Below, piece after piece: positions 49,702 to 61,378 of a DNA stretch of 64,000 bases. Each line of letters starts with the position of its first letter. The first letter of the stretch is position 1. The stretch spans positions 1 to 64,000 of the forward strand of contig JAVRCV020000008.1 in the NCBI GenBank assembly GCA_034530615.2, given 5' to 3'. Both the position numbers and the translations under genes were made by a program. This DNA comes from Aulosira sp. ZfuVER01. GTDB lineage: Bacteria > Cyanobacteriota > Cyanobacteriia > Cyanobacteriales > Nostocaceae. A model generated the notes under the pieces. It searched no databases. It was not told where the DNA came from and worked only from the letters and a program-made list of their open reading frames with translations.

Positions 49702-51117
49702 TTAGGTTTGTGGACGCTTTAACTTTAAAGCATCAACAGCCGATATTCCTTCACTCTGAGTTCCGAAATACCACAAAGCCGCCGCCGCCTCAGCACGAGT
49801 AACAGGTTTTTTGGGTTGAAACAGTGTGGTATACCCGAATACTCTCCGGATATTAGATTGTTCGGCATTTTGATAATCAGCTAACACTGCTCTTAAAGCT
49901 TTCGGGTCAATTTTCCCCACATCCTGAAAACCCCAGGTTTGTTTGACTGCATCTAAGTTAGCAGCGGGTAAAGCTTGGCGAGTATCCAATGGTAACTTCC
50001 ACAGTATTAACTGCTCCCGCGTTAGAGGCGCATCTGGACGAAATAAAACTGCTGTGGTGTCGCCAGACAAGGAACTGGGAATTAATCCTGCTTCCGCTAA
50101 TCCTTGAATTTCGGGAAAATCAGGATCTTTTGAAGACACGTCACTAAAAGTAGGTTGAGCAGTTTCCGCAGCTAAACGAATTTGCTTCGCTGGATTGTTA
50201 ACATTCATCGCATTGTTAGCAGCCACTAGCCAACGAGCGTATTCCCGACGAGTTATGGTTTTGCTGGGTACGAATTGGTTAGTTGTCGTATTCGAGTTGC
50301 TCTTAGTTACTGGAGATTCTATAGATAAAACACCTAAATTTGCCAAGTCTTGGATGTGTTGTCGCAGTTCTTGAGGCGCTTTGTTCAAATCGCTAAATTG
50401 CTGTGAAGCTAATGTAGTTGTAGTAGTAGATTGACTATTAGATGTGTTTGTTGGCTGTGTTGCTACGTTTCCAGCTAGTACAGGCCCAATAAATTCAGGA
50501 TCGCCTGGTTGCGGAACTTCGTTAGGCGTTTGGGCGTTAGTAGTTTCGCTAGGATTGGTAGTTTGCGTAGGTTGTGCTGTGGCAGTGGTAGCAGGTAAGT
50601 ACTCAATCAGTAATTCAGTGGCTGTTTGTGGTTGATTGGGTGCTGGGTTAGTGACTGATTTAGCTTGAATAGAAACCTTCACCAGCAGATCGTTGCGCTG
50701 CGCCTCAAAAACTCCTCCCACATCATCTGTTGGTTTTTGCAAAATCTGCCAATTATTCGTTTGGAATTGGTCGCGGTAGAAATTTGCAATAAAATTGCTA
50801 GGGTCAGAACTTAGCCAACGAGTAGAGACTTTATTTTCTGCACCAGTAGTTGGTGTAACTTCCTCTAATTTGGCATTGGGATATAACGGAATATCTTGAG
50901 GAAAATCAGCTGGCAATTTAACTGTAGATTCGTTTTGCTGTGCTTGTAGTTGGTTACTCTTAGCTTCTCCAAACACAACTGGGTTAGTTTGCAACTGAGG
51001 ATCGGCCGCTACAGATTGCTCAAGGTTTTTGGCGACGGGACTATTAGCGCAGGCTGTTAACGAAGAAAGTAAAACAGCCAAACTTAGAAATACAGCTGGA
51101 TTTTTACAGGGCAGCAC
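49702..51117 (-). CDS. S-layer homology (SLH) domain lipoprotein
   Basis: lipobox LTAC; SLH motifs FSDV, ITRRE, LTREQ, VTRAEAA. Confidence 0.88.
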   Translation of the reverse strand: MLPCKNPAVFLSLAVLLSSLTACANSPVAKNLEQSVAADPQLQTNPVVFGEAKSNQLQAQQNESTVKLPADFPQDIPLYPNAKLEEVTPTTGAENKVSTRWLSSDPSNFIANFYRDQFQTNNWQILQKPTDDVGGVFEAQRNDLLVKVSIQAKSVTNPAPNQPQTATELLIEYLPATTATAQPTQTTNPSETTNAQTPNEVPQPGDPEFIGPVLAGNVATQPTNTSNSQSTTTTTLASQQFSDLNKAPQELRQHIQDLANLGVLSIESPVTKSNSNTTTNQFVPSKTITRREYARWLVAANNAMNVNNPAKQIRLAAETAQPTFSDVSSKDPDFPEIQGLAEAGLIPSSLSGDTTAVLFRPDAPLTREQLILWKLPLDTRQALPAANLDAVKQTWGFQDVGKIDPKALRAVLADYQNAEQSNIRRVFGYTTLFQPKKPVTRAEAAAALWYFGTQSEGISAVDALKLKRPQT

Positions 51118-51199
51118 AGGAAATTATCAAATCTGGTGACAATTCCTACCCTAGCGCAGACTGTCAACTGAAGCTAAAGTCTCAAGTAAGAAGTTTTAA

Positions 51200-52087
51200 T
51201 CACAAATTTAAGGTCAATTGTCTAACAACCGCAAAACTGAGTAGCCTAAGAGGAGAGCTAGAACCTTGGAACACTTTGACTCGTAGAAAGCGTCCAGTTA
51301 GCAAACGGACAATTCCCTTAACACGCGCCCAGAGCCTGACGGACAGTAACCTCAAATTACAACCATTATTACCAGCAGCATACAAGGGCATAAAAGCCAG
51401 CTTACCGTAGAGAATATCAGCACGGTGAGTTTTACTTAATTTATTTTGGTAATGCTCAGGATTAGGTAAACCTCCATGTTCACCATAGTTCCGCCAAGGA
51501 ATGTAGTTTTTCAGCTTTTTGTGGCGGAGAAAAGAATCAATACTAGAGTCCCAAGTTGAATAGTTCGTTACTCCAACTTTTTCTCGAATTTCCTCTGCCA
51601 GTTCTAGTAAGTAATTGGCACTTTGGGGAGTCACAATATAGGCAACGGCTGAAGTGGAAAACCCTTCAGCATAACCATCAGATGAAACATAGTATAGTTG
51701 CGGCGCACAAGTGTATAGCCAGCTAATACCGACATCATTTTGGTGAGGATTGAAGGGTAAAGGTAGCTGACCAAAACCTACTACTGGTACAAAATCTGCT
51801 TCAATAATCATCGTTGGTTGAGCTACTTGCATTGCTCGTTCCCAAGCTGTGCGATGGTTCATGAGGCAAAGATAACTCCGCGAAAAATTTTGATATTCTG
51901 GTTTGGCTTCCTGTCTCAGAACTTCAACATTGAACCCTTGACTAGTTAATAATTCTTCAATTTCCTGAGTTGATTCTTGATAAGCAATGATAAAAACTTT
52001 GCTAATGTGCTTAACAAGTTGATTTTGGCTAAATTCTTGCTTTGTAAAAGTCTCAATTTCCTTGATTTTATCATCATGAGTTTGCAT
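51200..52087 (-). CDS. glycosyltransferase (GT25/LPS-biosynthesis-like)
   Basis: CLMNH..AW, IIEADF, AYIVTP..A. Confidence 0.7.
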   Translation of the reverse strand: MQTHDDKIKEIETFTKQEFSQNQLVKHISKVFIIAYQESTQEIEELLTSQGFNVEVLRQEAKPEYQNFSRSYLCLMNHRTAWERAMQVAQPTMIIEADFVPVVGFGQLPLPFNPHQNDVGISWLYTCAPQLYYVSSDGYAEGFSTSAVAYIVTPQSANYLLELAEEIREKVGVTNYSTWDSSIDSFLRHKKLKNYIPWRNYGEHGGLPNPEHYQNKLSKTHRADILYGKLAFMPLYAAGNNGCNLRLLSVRLWARVKGIVRLLTGRFLRVKVFQGSSSPLRLLSFAVVRQLTLNL

Positions 52088-52125
52088 ATATTTTATTAAT
52101 AAATAGTTTTGAAATTGTTTTTTTG

Positions 52126-53112
52126 CTACTGTTTATAAAAAAATGCTGTATAAAAAGGACTCATGAAAATTCCTATTAATAATTCCATTTCACAGGCTAC
52201 TACAATATCATTTTGAAATAGCTTACGATATTTAATCCAGTAAAAAATTAGCTTGCGTAAATCATTAGCACTATAAAGTGGCAGAACAAACGGTCTTAAC
52301 CAAGCAGGGAAGTCTAGCATTCTAATGTGGTGACGACTTAAACCAATACCTCGCATTAATTTAATTAAATAATCTTTCTCCAGACGCTCTTTATAAATGC
52401 GATGAGATATTTTCATTTCTGGTGTGTACCAAATTTCCCAGCCAGCGTTTCTAATATGTACTAAGGCTTCTAAATCTTCGGAAGTAACGAAGGAATTATT
52501 TAAACGTCCGGTAAAAAAAAGTTGTTTAGGAACATTTTCAGTCCAAGCTTGTTTACGAACAACTAATCCAGCGCCTGGAGGTAACATTTTTCTAACATAA
52601 TAGTTCTGTTCATAGGTGTTATAGCAAAAAGATTTATTACCATCTACGATAGCTAAAAAACGACTTATTCTATCAAAGTTATTAGGGGGAGTAACTTCAT
52701 AGTCTGCTTTGATTTGTCCACCATAAGCCCCAGCTTGAGGATGATTTTTACCAAAAATATAGGCAGATGTAACCCAATTAGGAGTAGGTAAATTATCATC
52801 GTCTAGAAAGCCAACAAATGTGCCTTGAGCTTCTTGAATAGCACGCTCTCGAGCAAAGCTTAATCCTTGCTTCTGTTCCAAAAAATATTTAATCGGATAT
52901 GCTGTAGGCCAATCTGCTTGATATTCTTGAACTACTTTTGCTGTATTATCTTTACTATTGTTGTCAATAACAATAATTTCCCAATTTATCGGCTCTTCAT
53001 TAATTGCTAATTGTGTAATATATGCACAGCATTCTTTTAACTTATCTAAAACATCTGGTAAACGTTTTTCTCCATTAAAGGTACATATAGCTACAGTAAA
53101 ATCAATCATCAT
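52126..53112 (-). CDS. GT2 glycosyltransferase, HpsE-like
   Basis: TVAICTFNG, IDNNSKD, GLSFAR, FLDDD, GAGL, SEDLE. Confidence 0.88.
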   Translation of the reverse strand: MMIDFTVAICTFNGEKRLPDVLDKLKECCAYITQLAINEEPINWEIIVIDNNSKDNTAKVVQEYQADWPTAYPIKYFLEQKQGLSFARERAIQEAQGTFVGFLDDDNLPTPNWVTSAYIFGKNHPQAGAYGGQIKADYEVTPPNNFDRISRFLAIVDGNKSFCYNTYEQNYYVRKMLPPGAGLVVRKQAWTENVPKQLFFTGRLNNSFVTSEDLEALVHIRNAGWEIWYTPEMKISHRIYKERLEKDYLIKLMRGIGLSRHHIRMLDFPAWLRPFVLPLYSANDLRKLIFYWIKYRKLFQNDIVVACEMELLIGIFMSPFYTAFFYKQ

Positions 53113-53235
53113 TTGAATGACCAAAAATTAGAAAAAATTATATCTTTTCCTCAAATGGTAGTAACTGATGATATAAATGTCACCAGCAGAAACACTGAAT
53201 GGGTATTGGCGATCGCGCAGATGTCAAAGTAACGA

Positions 53236-54750
53236 TCAAGAATTTCCAGCGGTTGCTAGGTCTTTAATTTGTGGTTCAGGAAATTGATGTAAAACTCGCC
53301 AAAGAATCGTATAGCTACCATCAGAACGGCGACGCACTGGCCGAAAAGCAATTAGGAGATCGCTACTACGTAATTGTTGGATTTGTCCTAGTAATTGGCG
53401 TTCTTCTGGCGAAAGCGGTCTACCGCTCAAAATCATATCTGGCAGTTGAAATTGGAGCGATCGCACTAAATACGTATGGTTTAATTCAGCTTTAGCATTA
53501 GCCAAAATAACCTGATTTAAATTCCAGTTCTGGTCTTTGCCCGTCAGGAACCGTCGCCGTTCTACTTGTAATTCATTTAATTTTTTGGGAGGCTGGTAGT
53601 TGAGAAAAAATTCTCGTGTTGGTTGCGCCACAGCTTTGAGTTTCTGCTCTAACTTGTTGATAGGCACATCGCCCAAATCTACCATGAAGCTGTAATCTAC
53701 ACCTTGATACCCCAGCCCAAAGCGATCGCCAATCAGCTGAAGTGCTAGACTGGGAGTAAATCCGCCTTGATTATCACCCAATGAGGGGAAAGGATAGCGT
53801 TCACTGACACTAGGTGCCAAGCGATTCTGAAGCGTATTCAGCGGACGCTGGTAAGCCAGATCGGGTAACACGCGGAAAATGCCAGTATCAGGCAATTTCA
53901 GAAAGGTAGCGTAGGTTTGCGGTTCTTGGGGATCGATGTCGTAAGAAAAGCGGTCAAGTACAGTAGAAGTTTCCTGAGGATTTGTAAATTGATTCTTTAA
54001 GGGGAATTCTACCTGGGCTGCGGTCAAGAATTTCTTAGCAGTTGCAAGTGTATTCAGTGCTTCATTTGGTGCTGCGATCGCGGGTTGTATGGGTGATACA
54101 TAGTCAGCTATGCCTGTTTTCGCAGTCCTACCAATAATTGGTGGCAATGGTGAAACTGCATTCGGTTCCTGTGTTGCAAAGGGTGTTGCTAGCTTGTCGA
54201 GTTGAGGACGCTGGATTGGTGCAATCGCCAGCGCCGGATCTGATTGTCGCTCACCCGTCACCAGCGGTAAACTTCGGACTAAGGCTAGCTCTCCCCGCCG
54301 AGATAACAAACGATCCAGTATTGGAGAAAGTTTTAATAATTCTTGGTTAGAAGTATACAAAGAGCAGTAAATTTTTAGTTGTGACCCAGTTAATTGCTCG
54401 GCTAAAGGGAAATTCTGAGTAGAATCCACTCTTGAGGTACATAAAGTTTTGGGACTTTTGCTTTGACGGTTCAAAAAAGCGTCTACAGACTTGGTGTGGA
54501 CAGTTAATTGCCCTTGCACCGCTCGCATCTGATTAGCATCAGGTGTAACGATCGCTTGCTCAATGCGGGCCATCAGATTGATCTGTTGCTGTACCAGATG
54601 ACTGGCTGTAGTATAAAAGCTTTCATTGGTTGGTTCCGCCGCCAGATTTTGATTTGGGGAGGATGTGAACTTAGAATCCACGTTTTGCATCTTCAGCGGC
54701 ACAGAAACCAAACTAAAAGGGAGCAAGAGACTGAAAAAGATGTATCTCAT
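53236..54750 (-). CDS. hypothetical exported protein
   Basis: 504-aa ORF with an N-terminal hydrophobic signal-like segment. Confidence 0.75.
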   Translation of the reverse strand: MRYIFFSLLLPFSLVSVPLKMQNVDSKFTSSPNQNLAAEPTNESFYTTASHLVQQQINLMARIEQAIVTPDANQMRAVQGQLTVHTKSVDAFLNRQSKSPKTLCTSRVDSTQNFPLAEQLTGSQLKIYCSLYTSNQELLKLSPILDRLLSRRGELALVRSLPLVTGERQSDPALAIAPIQRPQLDKLATPFATQEPNAVSPLPPIIGRTAKTGIADYVSPIQPAIAAPNEALNTLATAKKFLTAAQVEFPLKNQFTNPQETSTVLDRFSYDIDPQEPQTYATFLKLPDTGIFRVLPDLAYQRPLNTLQNRLAPSVSERYPFPSLGDNQGGFTPSLALQLIGDRFGLGYQGVDYSFMVDLGDVPINKLEQKLKAVAQPTREFFLNYQPPKKLNELQVERRRFLTGKDQNWNLNQVILANAKAELNHTYLVRSLQFQLPDMILSGRPLSPEERQLLGQIQQLRSSDLLIAFRPVRRRSDGSYTILWRVLHQFPEPQIKDLATAGNS

Positions 54751-54894
54751 ATCAAAAACACAGGACTGTTAGGTGTAGAAAAATCTAAAATAGATATTAA
54801 ATTTAAAAGAAAGAACGACCACCGACCAGCGTCAGTCCATCTTAACTTTCTGTCAAGCGCGACCGGGTTGTTACCAGTGCTGAAACACGATTAC

Positions 54895-56082
54895 ATGCCA
54901 GTTTCCCAAGATCAGCCGATCTATTCTGAGGCTCCGCTCCAACTATTGCTGTTTGTCGATGGACGTCCCAAGTCCCGGCAACAAGTACAGCGAATACGTG
55001 CTTATTTGAAAGAATTGCAGACTGGGTATCATTTTGAACTGCAAATTATTGATGTTGGGCAACAACCCTATATGGCGGAACACTTTAAATTAGTGGCGAC
55101 GCCAGCTTTGATCAAAATCCACCCAGAACCAAGGCAAATCATTGCGGGAAGTAATATCGTCGGTCAACTAAAAAACTGGTGGCCCCGTTGGCAAGCCTCT
55201 GTAGATGCCTATTTGAAGCTACAAGAAGACTTACAAGAACGTCTAGACGAAAATGGTCGAGTAGTAGCACCCAAATCAACAATTGGTTCAGTTGCTGTTT
55301 CTGCCGAACTCATACGCCTCTCCGATGAGATTTTTCGCTTAAAGCAGGAACAAGAGAAACTCCAAGAGCAGTTGCAATTTAAAGATAGAGTAATCGCTGT
55401 GCTGGCCCATGACCTCCGTAATCCTTTAACAGCTGCTGCGATCGCTATAGAAACTCTCCAATCTAACTACAATATAGAGACAGGTCAATTCCAGCGCCTC
55501 AAACCAGCAATGACGGCGCATTTGTTAAAACAAGCCCGTAACCAAACCAAGACAATTGACCGTATGATTACGGATCTTTTGCAGGTAGGGAGAGGCAATG
55601 ATACTGAGCTACCAATCGTACCGCAAAAAATGGAAATCGGCAAATTCTGTCTAAATGTAGTGGAAGAATTGCGCGATCGCTATACTGCTAAATCTCAACA
55701 GGTAGAAACAGATGTCCCTCAAGACTTACCCTATGTGTATGCCGATCCAGAACGCATTCACCAAGTACTGGTGAATCTGTTAGACAATGCGATTAAATAT
55801 ACACCCACTGGTGGCAAGATTAGTGTGATAGGGTTGCACCGGACTACCCAAAAAGTTCAGATCAGCATTGGCGATACTGGCCCGGGAATTCCTTACGAAG
55901 ACCGCGATCGCATCTTTGAAAATCACTTCCGCCTGCAACGGGATGAAGGTACAGAAGGTTACGGTATCGGTCTGTGTGTTTGCCAACGAATTATTCGGGC
56001 GCACTATGGTCACATCTGGGTTGACTCTGTTCCCAATGGTGGAGCGTGGTTCCACTTTACATTGCCAGTTTATCCTTCTTAG
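54895..56082 (+). CDS. sasA: circadian output histidine kinase with KaiB-like sensor domain
   Basis: LLLFVD..., [14 protein letters not shown]aiB-like domain; [10 protein letters not shown]-box, N, G1 and G2 boxes; the upstream part of the 524-aa ORF is antisense overlap. Confidence 0.92.
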   Translation: MPVSQDQPIYSEAPLQLLLFVDGRPKSRQQVQRIRAYLKELQTGYHFELQIIDVGQQPYMAEHFKLVATPALIKIHPEPRQIIAGSNIVGQLKNWWPRWQASVDAYLKLQEDLQERLDENGRVVAPKSTIGSVAVSAELIRLSDEIFRLKQEQEKLQEQLQFKDRVIAVLAHDLRNPLTAAAIAIETLQSNYNIETGQFQRLKPAMTAHLLKQARNQTKTIDRMITDLLQVGRGNDTELPIVPQKMEIGKFCLNVVEELRDRYTAKSQQVETDVPQDLPYVYADPERIHQVLVNLLDNAIKYTPTGGKISVIGLHRTTQKVQISIGDTGPGIPYEDRDRIFENHFRLQRDEGTEGYGIGLCVCQRIIRAHYGHIWVDSVPNGGAWFHFTLPVYPS

Positions 56083-56159
56083 TCGCCGCATTGTTTGGCT
56101 GGCAACCGATGATGTAAATTCTGATTTTGCTTTTCAAGTTTAATCCCAAAGCCAAAAAA

Positions 56160-57182
56160 TTATTTGAGGATAATGCGATCGCGCCCCTCCGCCTTTGCTT
56201 GGTAAAGTGCCTTATCTGCTGCCACAATTAAATCTGAAGGTGACGATTCCCAAGTAGGAACGACAGTCGCCACACCCATACTCAGGGTGACATATTGGCT
56301 AACTTCTGAGCCATGATGAGCAATTTTTAAATTTCTGACTCCAGCTTGCATTGCCGCCGCAACGTGAACTGCACCAAATGCATGAGTATTGGGCATAATA
56401 ACCGCAAATTCTTCTCCGCCATAACGTGCTACTAAATCTTGATTTTTCTGTGCCGTATGGCTGAGGACAGCACCTACTTTTTGTAAGCAGATATCTCCAG
56501 CAGGATGACCATATTTATCATTATAAAATTTAAAAAAGTCGATATCACACAAAATTAGTGACAGAGGTAATTCCTCTTGTGCTAAATTAATCCACTGAGT
56601 ATTCAAGTAATCATCAAAGCGGCGACGATTAGCTAACCCTGTTAAACCATCAACATTGGCGATATGCTGTAAAGCTTGGTTTGCCGCCTCTAACTGTTTA
56701 TATACTTGTGCTTGTTGTAACAAACGTCGCAAACGCTGACGCAAAACTGCCCAGTGAATGGGTTTGGTGATGTAATCCATTGCTCCTGCATCAAAGGCAC
56801 GGTTGACGGACTCTTCATCATCCAAACACGTAATCATCAAGATAGGAGTCCGCTCCCATAGTTTAGAGATGACAGTATTGCCTACAGCTGAGTCAGTATC
56901 AAAACTTGCAAGTGCTGACATCAAATTATTTCGGGCAATCTTGAGTAGTTGCTTACAGCATGTAAAGCCATCCATCACAGGCATGACCGCATCTAGCAAC
57001 ACTATATCCGGCTTAATAGTATCGTAAGCATCTAAACATTGCTGACCATCATTGACCTCGACCACTCGATAGCCTTCTTGTTCCATAGCTTTACGCAACA
57101 GCAGTCGCATGGTTTTGTCATCATCAGCCACTAAAATCAGTGGTGGTTGCTTGGAAATAGAAAATGAACTTATGCCTGACAT
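56160..57182 (-). CDS. REC-GGDEF response regulator / diguanylate cyclase (PleD-like)
   Basis: VADDD, LDAVMP.MDG, DGLTGLANRR, DIDFFK.YND.YGH..GD, RYGGEEF. Confidence 0.93.
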   Translation of the reverse strand: MSGISSFSISKQPPLILVADDDKTMRLLLRKAMEQEGYRVVEVNDGQQCLDAYDTIKPDIVLLDAVMPVMDGFTCCKQLLKIARNNLMSALASFDTDSAVGNTVISKLWERTPILMITCLDDEESVNRAFDAGAMDYITKPIHWAVLRQRLRRLLQQAQVYKQLEAANQALQHIANVDGLTGLANRRRFDDYLNTQWINLAQEELPLSLILCDIDFFKFYNDKYGHPAGDICLQKVGAVLSHTAQKNQDLVARYGGEEFAVIMPNTHAFGAVHVAAAMQAGVRNLKIAHHGSEVSQYVTLSMGVATVVPTWESSPSDLIVAADKALYQAKAEGRDRIILK

Positions 57183-57290
57183 GAGTTGCGTTCCACAGAA
57201 AATGAGAGTATCGGTAAGGGCGAATCTGGAAAAATTTGCCCCCTTAACCAAATCGCCTGTGAGCGAAAATTTTTTGCTGTAGTCACAATC

Positions 57291-57677
57291 CTACTGAACA
57301 ACCGATTTGGTAGAAGATACGTAGGCAACGCATGTGTTGTATATACAATGATTGCCCAGTTTTAACTGGATTTCTCGAAGCCGACAAATGTCCACTGGTT
57401 GATATACCAATTTTGTCTCCAGTGGTGCAAAGACTGGATTGAATAATTTGCCTAAGCGGGAAGTTTGGAAACTAGCCTGAAAAAAGGTTGTCCTCCCCAG
57501 CGTTAGGGATAAATGCGCCCTAATCAATGCCAATACTCGCCGCCAAAGGCTATCCAGCAATTGAAAAATAGAATACTTAATGATTCTCAGCCAAGTAAAC
57601 GGTAGATGACTAGTTTGCATAGACAATTGATTTGAAACACAAAGGCAATTTTTACCTTCCTGTCCAGCTAAGGACAT
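57291..57677 (-). CDS. possible hypothetical protein
   Basis: 128-aa ATG ORF in an otherwise empty region; no recognisable motif. Confidence 0.3.
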   Translation of the reverse strand: MSLAGQEGKNCLCVSNQLSMQTSHLPFTWLRIIKYSIFQLLDSLWRRVLALIRAHLSLTLGRTTFFQASFQTSRLGKLFNPVFAPLETKLVYQPVDICRLREIQLKLGNHCIYNTCVAYVSSTKSVVQ

Positions 57678-58413
57678 GGTAAGAAATTGATGATTTACGC
57701 TTTATGTGAATTAAGTCTTGAAACCCTTGTAATTTCGTTGATAGTCCCAAAACCATAATTTTGGGCTAACGGAGAAACCCTGAGGGGGTCAAAGACCTTT
57801 CTCATTCACATCTGGCGTATTATTTATATTTCCCTACTGCTAAAGCCGAATTGTCATTTCCGGGAAAACTTCAAATATTAACCTTGCTTTTTTAGTTATA
57901 CAGTGATTTTTAGCACTAAGGATAGGTGATGTAATAAACAAAATGTGCTAAGAAATTTTTAACTATAAATTCTGCTAGCTTTCAATTTCAACTCTGCATT
58001 TGTGCGATCGCAAGATTGTTTAAAGTAACGGTAAATCGTATACTTTGTTTTTTAATAACATTTACCATGAATAATTTCCGTAAAAACCCTGATACGGGAC
58101 CCGATCTACTTATGTATCTCGATTCAGAAAATTTCAACTAAACTGCACTTTTTGCAAAGTTTTACTCCAACTTTCCGCAAAATTTCCAAAGCTTAGTAAT
58201 AAGATATTATTGATTTTCGATGGCAGCTTGAGGTATTGGTAAAAGATGAAATAGAAATTTCAGTCTTTATCTGAGGCTTTGGCGATTTATACTCTTGGTG
58301 AATATACGCCCACGGGCGTCTAAAGCCTTAAAGAAATGAGTGACTGCATCCTTAGCCTTACTTATAGTAAAACTTATAAACTAAACTATCTTGTAATCTA
58401 GTAGGTAAAAACC

Positions 58414-59181
58414 GTGGCACAGGCTTTGTCTTCGTGGCAGCAACTAATTAACCAGCTTTCTAACTGGTCGCTTCCAGATTTTAAGACAGGAGCCTCAAAG
58501 CAGCGAAATTTCCAGCGCTTTTCTGGGCCAGGAGGCGTTCTGAGTTTCCTGACAATTATCGTTGCTATGCTGTTGTGGAACTGGAAACTTCTGTTGGCAC
58601 TGCTGATCGGCATTGGGGTCATGTTATCAGTCTACTCAATGCAGAAATGGGACTGGCAACAACGCTGGTCAAAGATGCAGAGGTTGTTCAATGGCCCCAA
58701 CCGTCAGCTCGTATTGGCAGTAAGTACTGGTGGGATTGCTACTTTTACCACTTACATCGCAGCTACAATCTGGTTTGACTCTAACAGTCCTTGGATTGCT
58801 TCTGGTGTAATTGTCCAAGGTTTGGGTATGGTATTAAGTTTAATTTTGTTGGTCTGCCAAATTGTAAATTTTTATGGAGTTCGCGAAGAAGACTACTGCG
58901 ATCGCTTATTAAACAAATTAACTGAACCAGATCCCTTAAAGCGTTTGCTTGCTGTGCGACAACTAACTAAATTGATTGGTCGTAAACGGGTTGACGCTTC
59001 AGTGCAGCAAAATGTGGTTGAATGCTTGCAACTGTTACTCAGCCAAGAAGAGGAAGCAGTAATTCGGGAAGCAGCTTTTGAGAGTTTAGAAACTTTAGAT
59101 AGTTCGCAAACTTTACCATCTAACACAGCAGGTATTTTTATTCCTGTATCTGCAAAACTCAAAAGTAAAATTCCTTCTTAA
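58414..59181 (+). CDS. membrane protein with C-terminal HEAT/armadillo-like repeat
   Basis: about 4 TM segments, then DPLKRLLAVRQL...IREAAFESL; GTG start. Confidence 0.75.
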   Translation: MAQALSSWQQLINQLSNWSLPDFKTGASKQRNFQRFSGPGGVLSFLTIIVAMLLWNWKLLLALLIGIGVMLSVYSMQKWDWQQRWSKMQRLFNGPNRQLVLAVSTGGIATFTTYIAATIWFDSNSPWIASGVIVQGLGMVLSLILLVCQIVNFYGVREEDYCDRLLNKLTEPDPLKRLLAVRQLTKLIGRKRVDASVQQNVVECLQLLLSQEEEAVIREAAFESLETLDSSQTLPSNTAGIFIPVSAKLKSKIPS

Positions 59182-59185
59182 GGAT

Positions 59186-60442
59186 TTATTTTAAGCGGTA
59201 AAGTATTTCACCTGCTTTCGGCACAAGTAAAATGCCTTCATCTTCCCGGTTAGCCCATTCTACTGGTTGAATGGTAGCCGGGTTACGATAATTTAAGTTA
59301 TGAGCAGCGCAGCGTTCTGGAGAAATACCAGTTGCGAGAGTTACCCGAATCCGTGCTTGTTCCCCTTTTATGGGGTCAAAAGTGCCCATACCTTTCAAGT
59401 GAGTACTATGAGCCAGCACTCCTGCAGGATAATCTGAGAATTTATCCCACTGTTTGAGAAAGTAATCCCGCACATGATAACCAATGTGGGCTAGGATTTC
59501 GCCGTATGTATAGCTAAACTCGGTAATGTGAGGAGCATAGATAATTACCTCACCGCCATCAGCTACTATTGGCTCTAGCTTGTACATTCCTTTAGCCGCT
59601 GTCCAAATATCGTCATACATTTCGGGCATGACTGAAAGCACTTGTTTAAAAGGCCGATCTACATATTTAATATGCACTTTGGCAGATAATTCCGCAGCGT
59701 TTTGCCAAGCTGCTTCTGGTTTATCTATATAAAGTCCCGCTAACTGATTTGTTCCTGGTGCGACTACCATAGCTAGGCAAAGCTTTGGGGTAGGAATCAG
59801 ACTAGTAGCGCGGTTAATTAAGCGGCGAACTGGCGTGATTCCTTGCGTACCAATAATTTCGTAACAGGTAATTAAAGCTCCTAACCAGTGTGATAAATTA
59901 ATTACTTCCTGACCGCTAATACCGGGGAAAAAATATTTATTTCCACCAGAAAACCCGACAACTTCGTGGGGAAAAACTGGGCCGCAAATAATTATCAGAT
60001 CGTATTCAGTTACCAATTTGTTAACACGCACATTAACTTCTTGATGCAGCATTCCACCGCTGATTTCTGCTATCTCATCTGCTGAAATCATGCCACAAGA
60101 AATAAATGTATCTGGTAGATGCCAAAGGTGGTTAAAAATTTGCACATTTTTAAATGTAGTCTCTCGCTCCTCCTGCGTTACCCCAACTAAGCGATTGATT
60201 TGTGATTCACTCATAGGATTATGTGTACCCAGAGCGATTAAAAAATCAAGTGCCATCACCCTCTTACCCAACTCTTGATGGAGTAATCGAAACATTTGGG
60301 GTATGGGAGCAGTGCGGGTTCCATCGGGAATTAATACGAGGATACGCTGTCCATTGAATTGCGGATCTGCCAAAGCTTGATGAACTAGTTCGGAAACTTG
60401 CTCATCGGAAAGCGTTCCATGATTTACGGCTAGTGAATACAT
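59186..60442 (-). CDS. LarA (lactate racemase)-superfamily 2-hydroxyacid racemase/epimerase
   Basis: IPDGTR, IALGTH, NH, PHEVVGFSGGNK..FPG, DGGEVII. Confidence 0.85.
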   Translation of the reverse strand: MYSLAVNHGTLSDEQVSELVHQALADPQFNGQRILVLIPDGTRTAPIPQMFRLLHQELGKRVMALDFLIALGTHNPMSESQINRLVGVTQEERETTFKNVQIFNHLWHLPDTFISCGMISADEIAEISGGMLHQEVNVRVNKLVTEYDLIIICGPVFPHEVVGFSGGNKYFFPGISGQEVINLSHWLGALITCYEIIGTQGITPVRRLINRATSLIPTPKLCLAMVVAPGTNQLAGLYIDKPEAAWQNAAELSAKVHIKYVDRPFKQVLSVMPEMYDDIWTAAKGMYKLEPIVADGGEVIIYAPHITEFSYTYGEILAHIGYHVRDYFLKQWDKFSDYPAGVLAHSTHLKGMGTFDPIKGEQARIRVTLATGISPERCAAHNLNYRNPATIQPVEWANREDEGILLVPKAGEILYRLK

Positions 60443-60444
60443 TC

Positions 60445-61299
60445 TCAAACTCCGCTGTAGATACTAAAGCCACCGTCTACAGGTACAACCACCCCATTGA
60501 CGAAACTCGAACCAGAACTACATAACCAAATCAAAGTGCTGAGTAATTCCTCTGGTTCGCCAAAACGCCCAGCTGGGGTATGGTCAATAATTTTTTGCCC
60601 GCGATCACTTAAACTACCATCTGGATTTAACAGTAAATCTCGATTTTGCTCACCAATAAAAAAACCTGGTGCGATCGCATTCACTCGCAACCCTGCTCCA
60701 TACTTTTGGGCGAGTTCTACAGCTAGCCAACGTGTAAAATTATCGATCGCCGCTTTTGCTGCTGAATAACCCACCACCCGACTAATCGCACGAATAGCAG
60801 ACATCGAAGAAATATTGACAATGCAACCACGAGGCTGATTTCTGTCTACCATTGTTTGGCCAAAAACCTGACTAGGTAGTAGAGTACCCACCAAATTTAG
60901 ATCGACCACTTGCGCAAAAGCCGCGTGTGGCATATCAAAAAAAGTAGCATCAGGAGTAATTGTCGCCGCCGGAATATTCCCCCCAGCAGCGTTGATCAAG
61001 ATATCTATCTGTCCCCAATGCTTTAATACACTATCTCTGGCTACTTCTAACTGAGAGCGATCGCCCACATCTGCCAGCACAGCCATACTTTCCCCACCTT
61101 TGGCAGTAATATCAGCTACCACCCCCTTCGCACGTACTTCATTGCGACCGAGAACCACTACTCGCGCTCCTGTCAATGCTAAACCCCTAGCCATTGCCCC
61201 ACCAAGCACACCAGAACCACCTGTAACTACTGCTACCTGCTCTTCTAGACTAAAAAGCTTATGCAAAATCAAATCTGCTTTATTCAATAACTCTGGCAT
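60445..61299 (-). CDS. uxuB: SDR, D-mannonate oxidoreductase (fructuronate reductase)-like
   Basis: TGGSGVLG, NAAGGN, NISSMSA, YSAAK, NFTRWLA, APGFF..EQNR.LL; adjacent to uxaC. Confidence 0.75.
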   Translation of the reverse strand: MPELLNKADLILHKLFSLEEQVAVVTGGSGVLGGAMARGLALTGARVVVLGRNEVRAKGVVADITAKGGESMAVLADVGDRSQLEVARDSVLKHWGQIDILINAAGGNIPAATITPDATFFDMPHAAFAQVVDLNLVGTLLPSQVFGQTMVDRNQPRGCIVNISSMSAIRAISRVVGYSAAKAAIDNFTRWLAVELAQKYGAGLRVNAIAPGFFIGEQNRDLLLNPDGSLSDRGQKIIDHTPAGRFGEPEELLSTLIWLCSSGSSFVNGVVVPVDGGFSIYSGV

Positions 61300-61322
61300 T
61301 GATAACTCCTCTGCTAAAAAAA

Positions 61323-61365
61323 ACTCTGCGTACCTTTGCGTTTACCTTTGCGCCCCTTTGCGTTA
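61323..61365. repeat. CTTTGCG-type short tandem repeat
   Basis: ctctgcgtacctttgcgtttacctttgcgcccctttgcgtt. Confidence 0.65.
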
Positions 61366-61378
61366 AAAAAGAAACTAA

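Noticed and set aside
54508..54894. Long N-terminal extension of SasA
   Set aside because: Overlaps the divergent gene antisense; the KaiB-like domain starts near 54895
57680..58410. Long AT-rich intergenic region
   Set aside because: Looks like a divergent promoter region; only a 14-nt repeat fragment (actttccgcaaaat) was noticed
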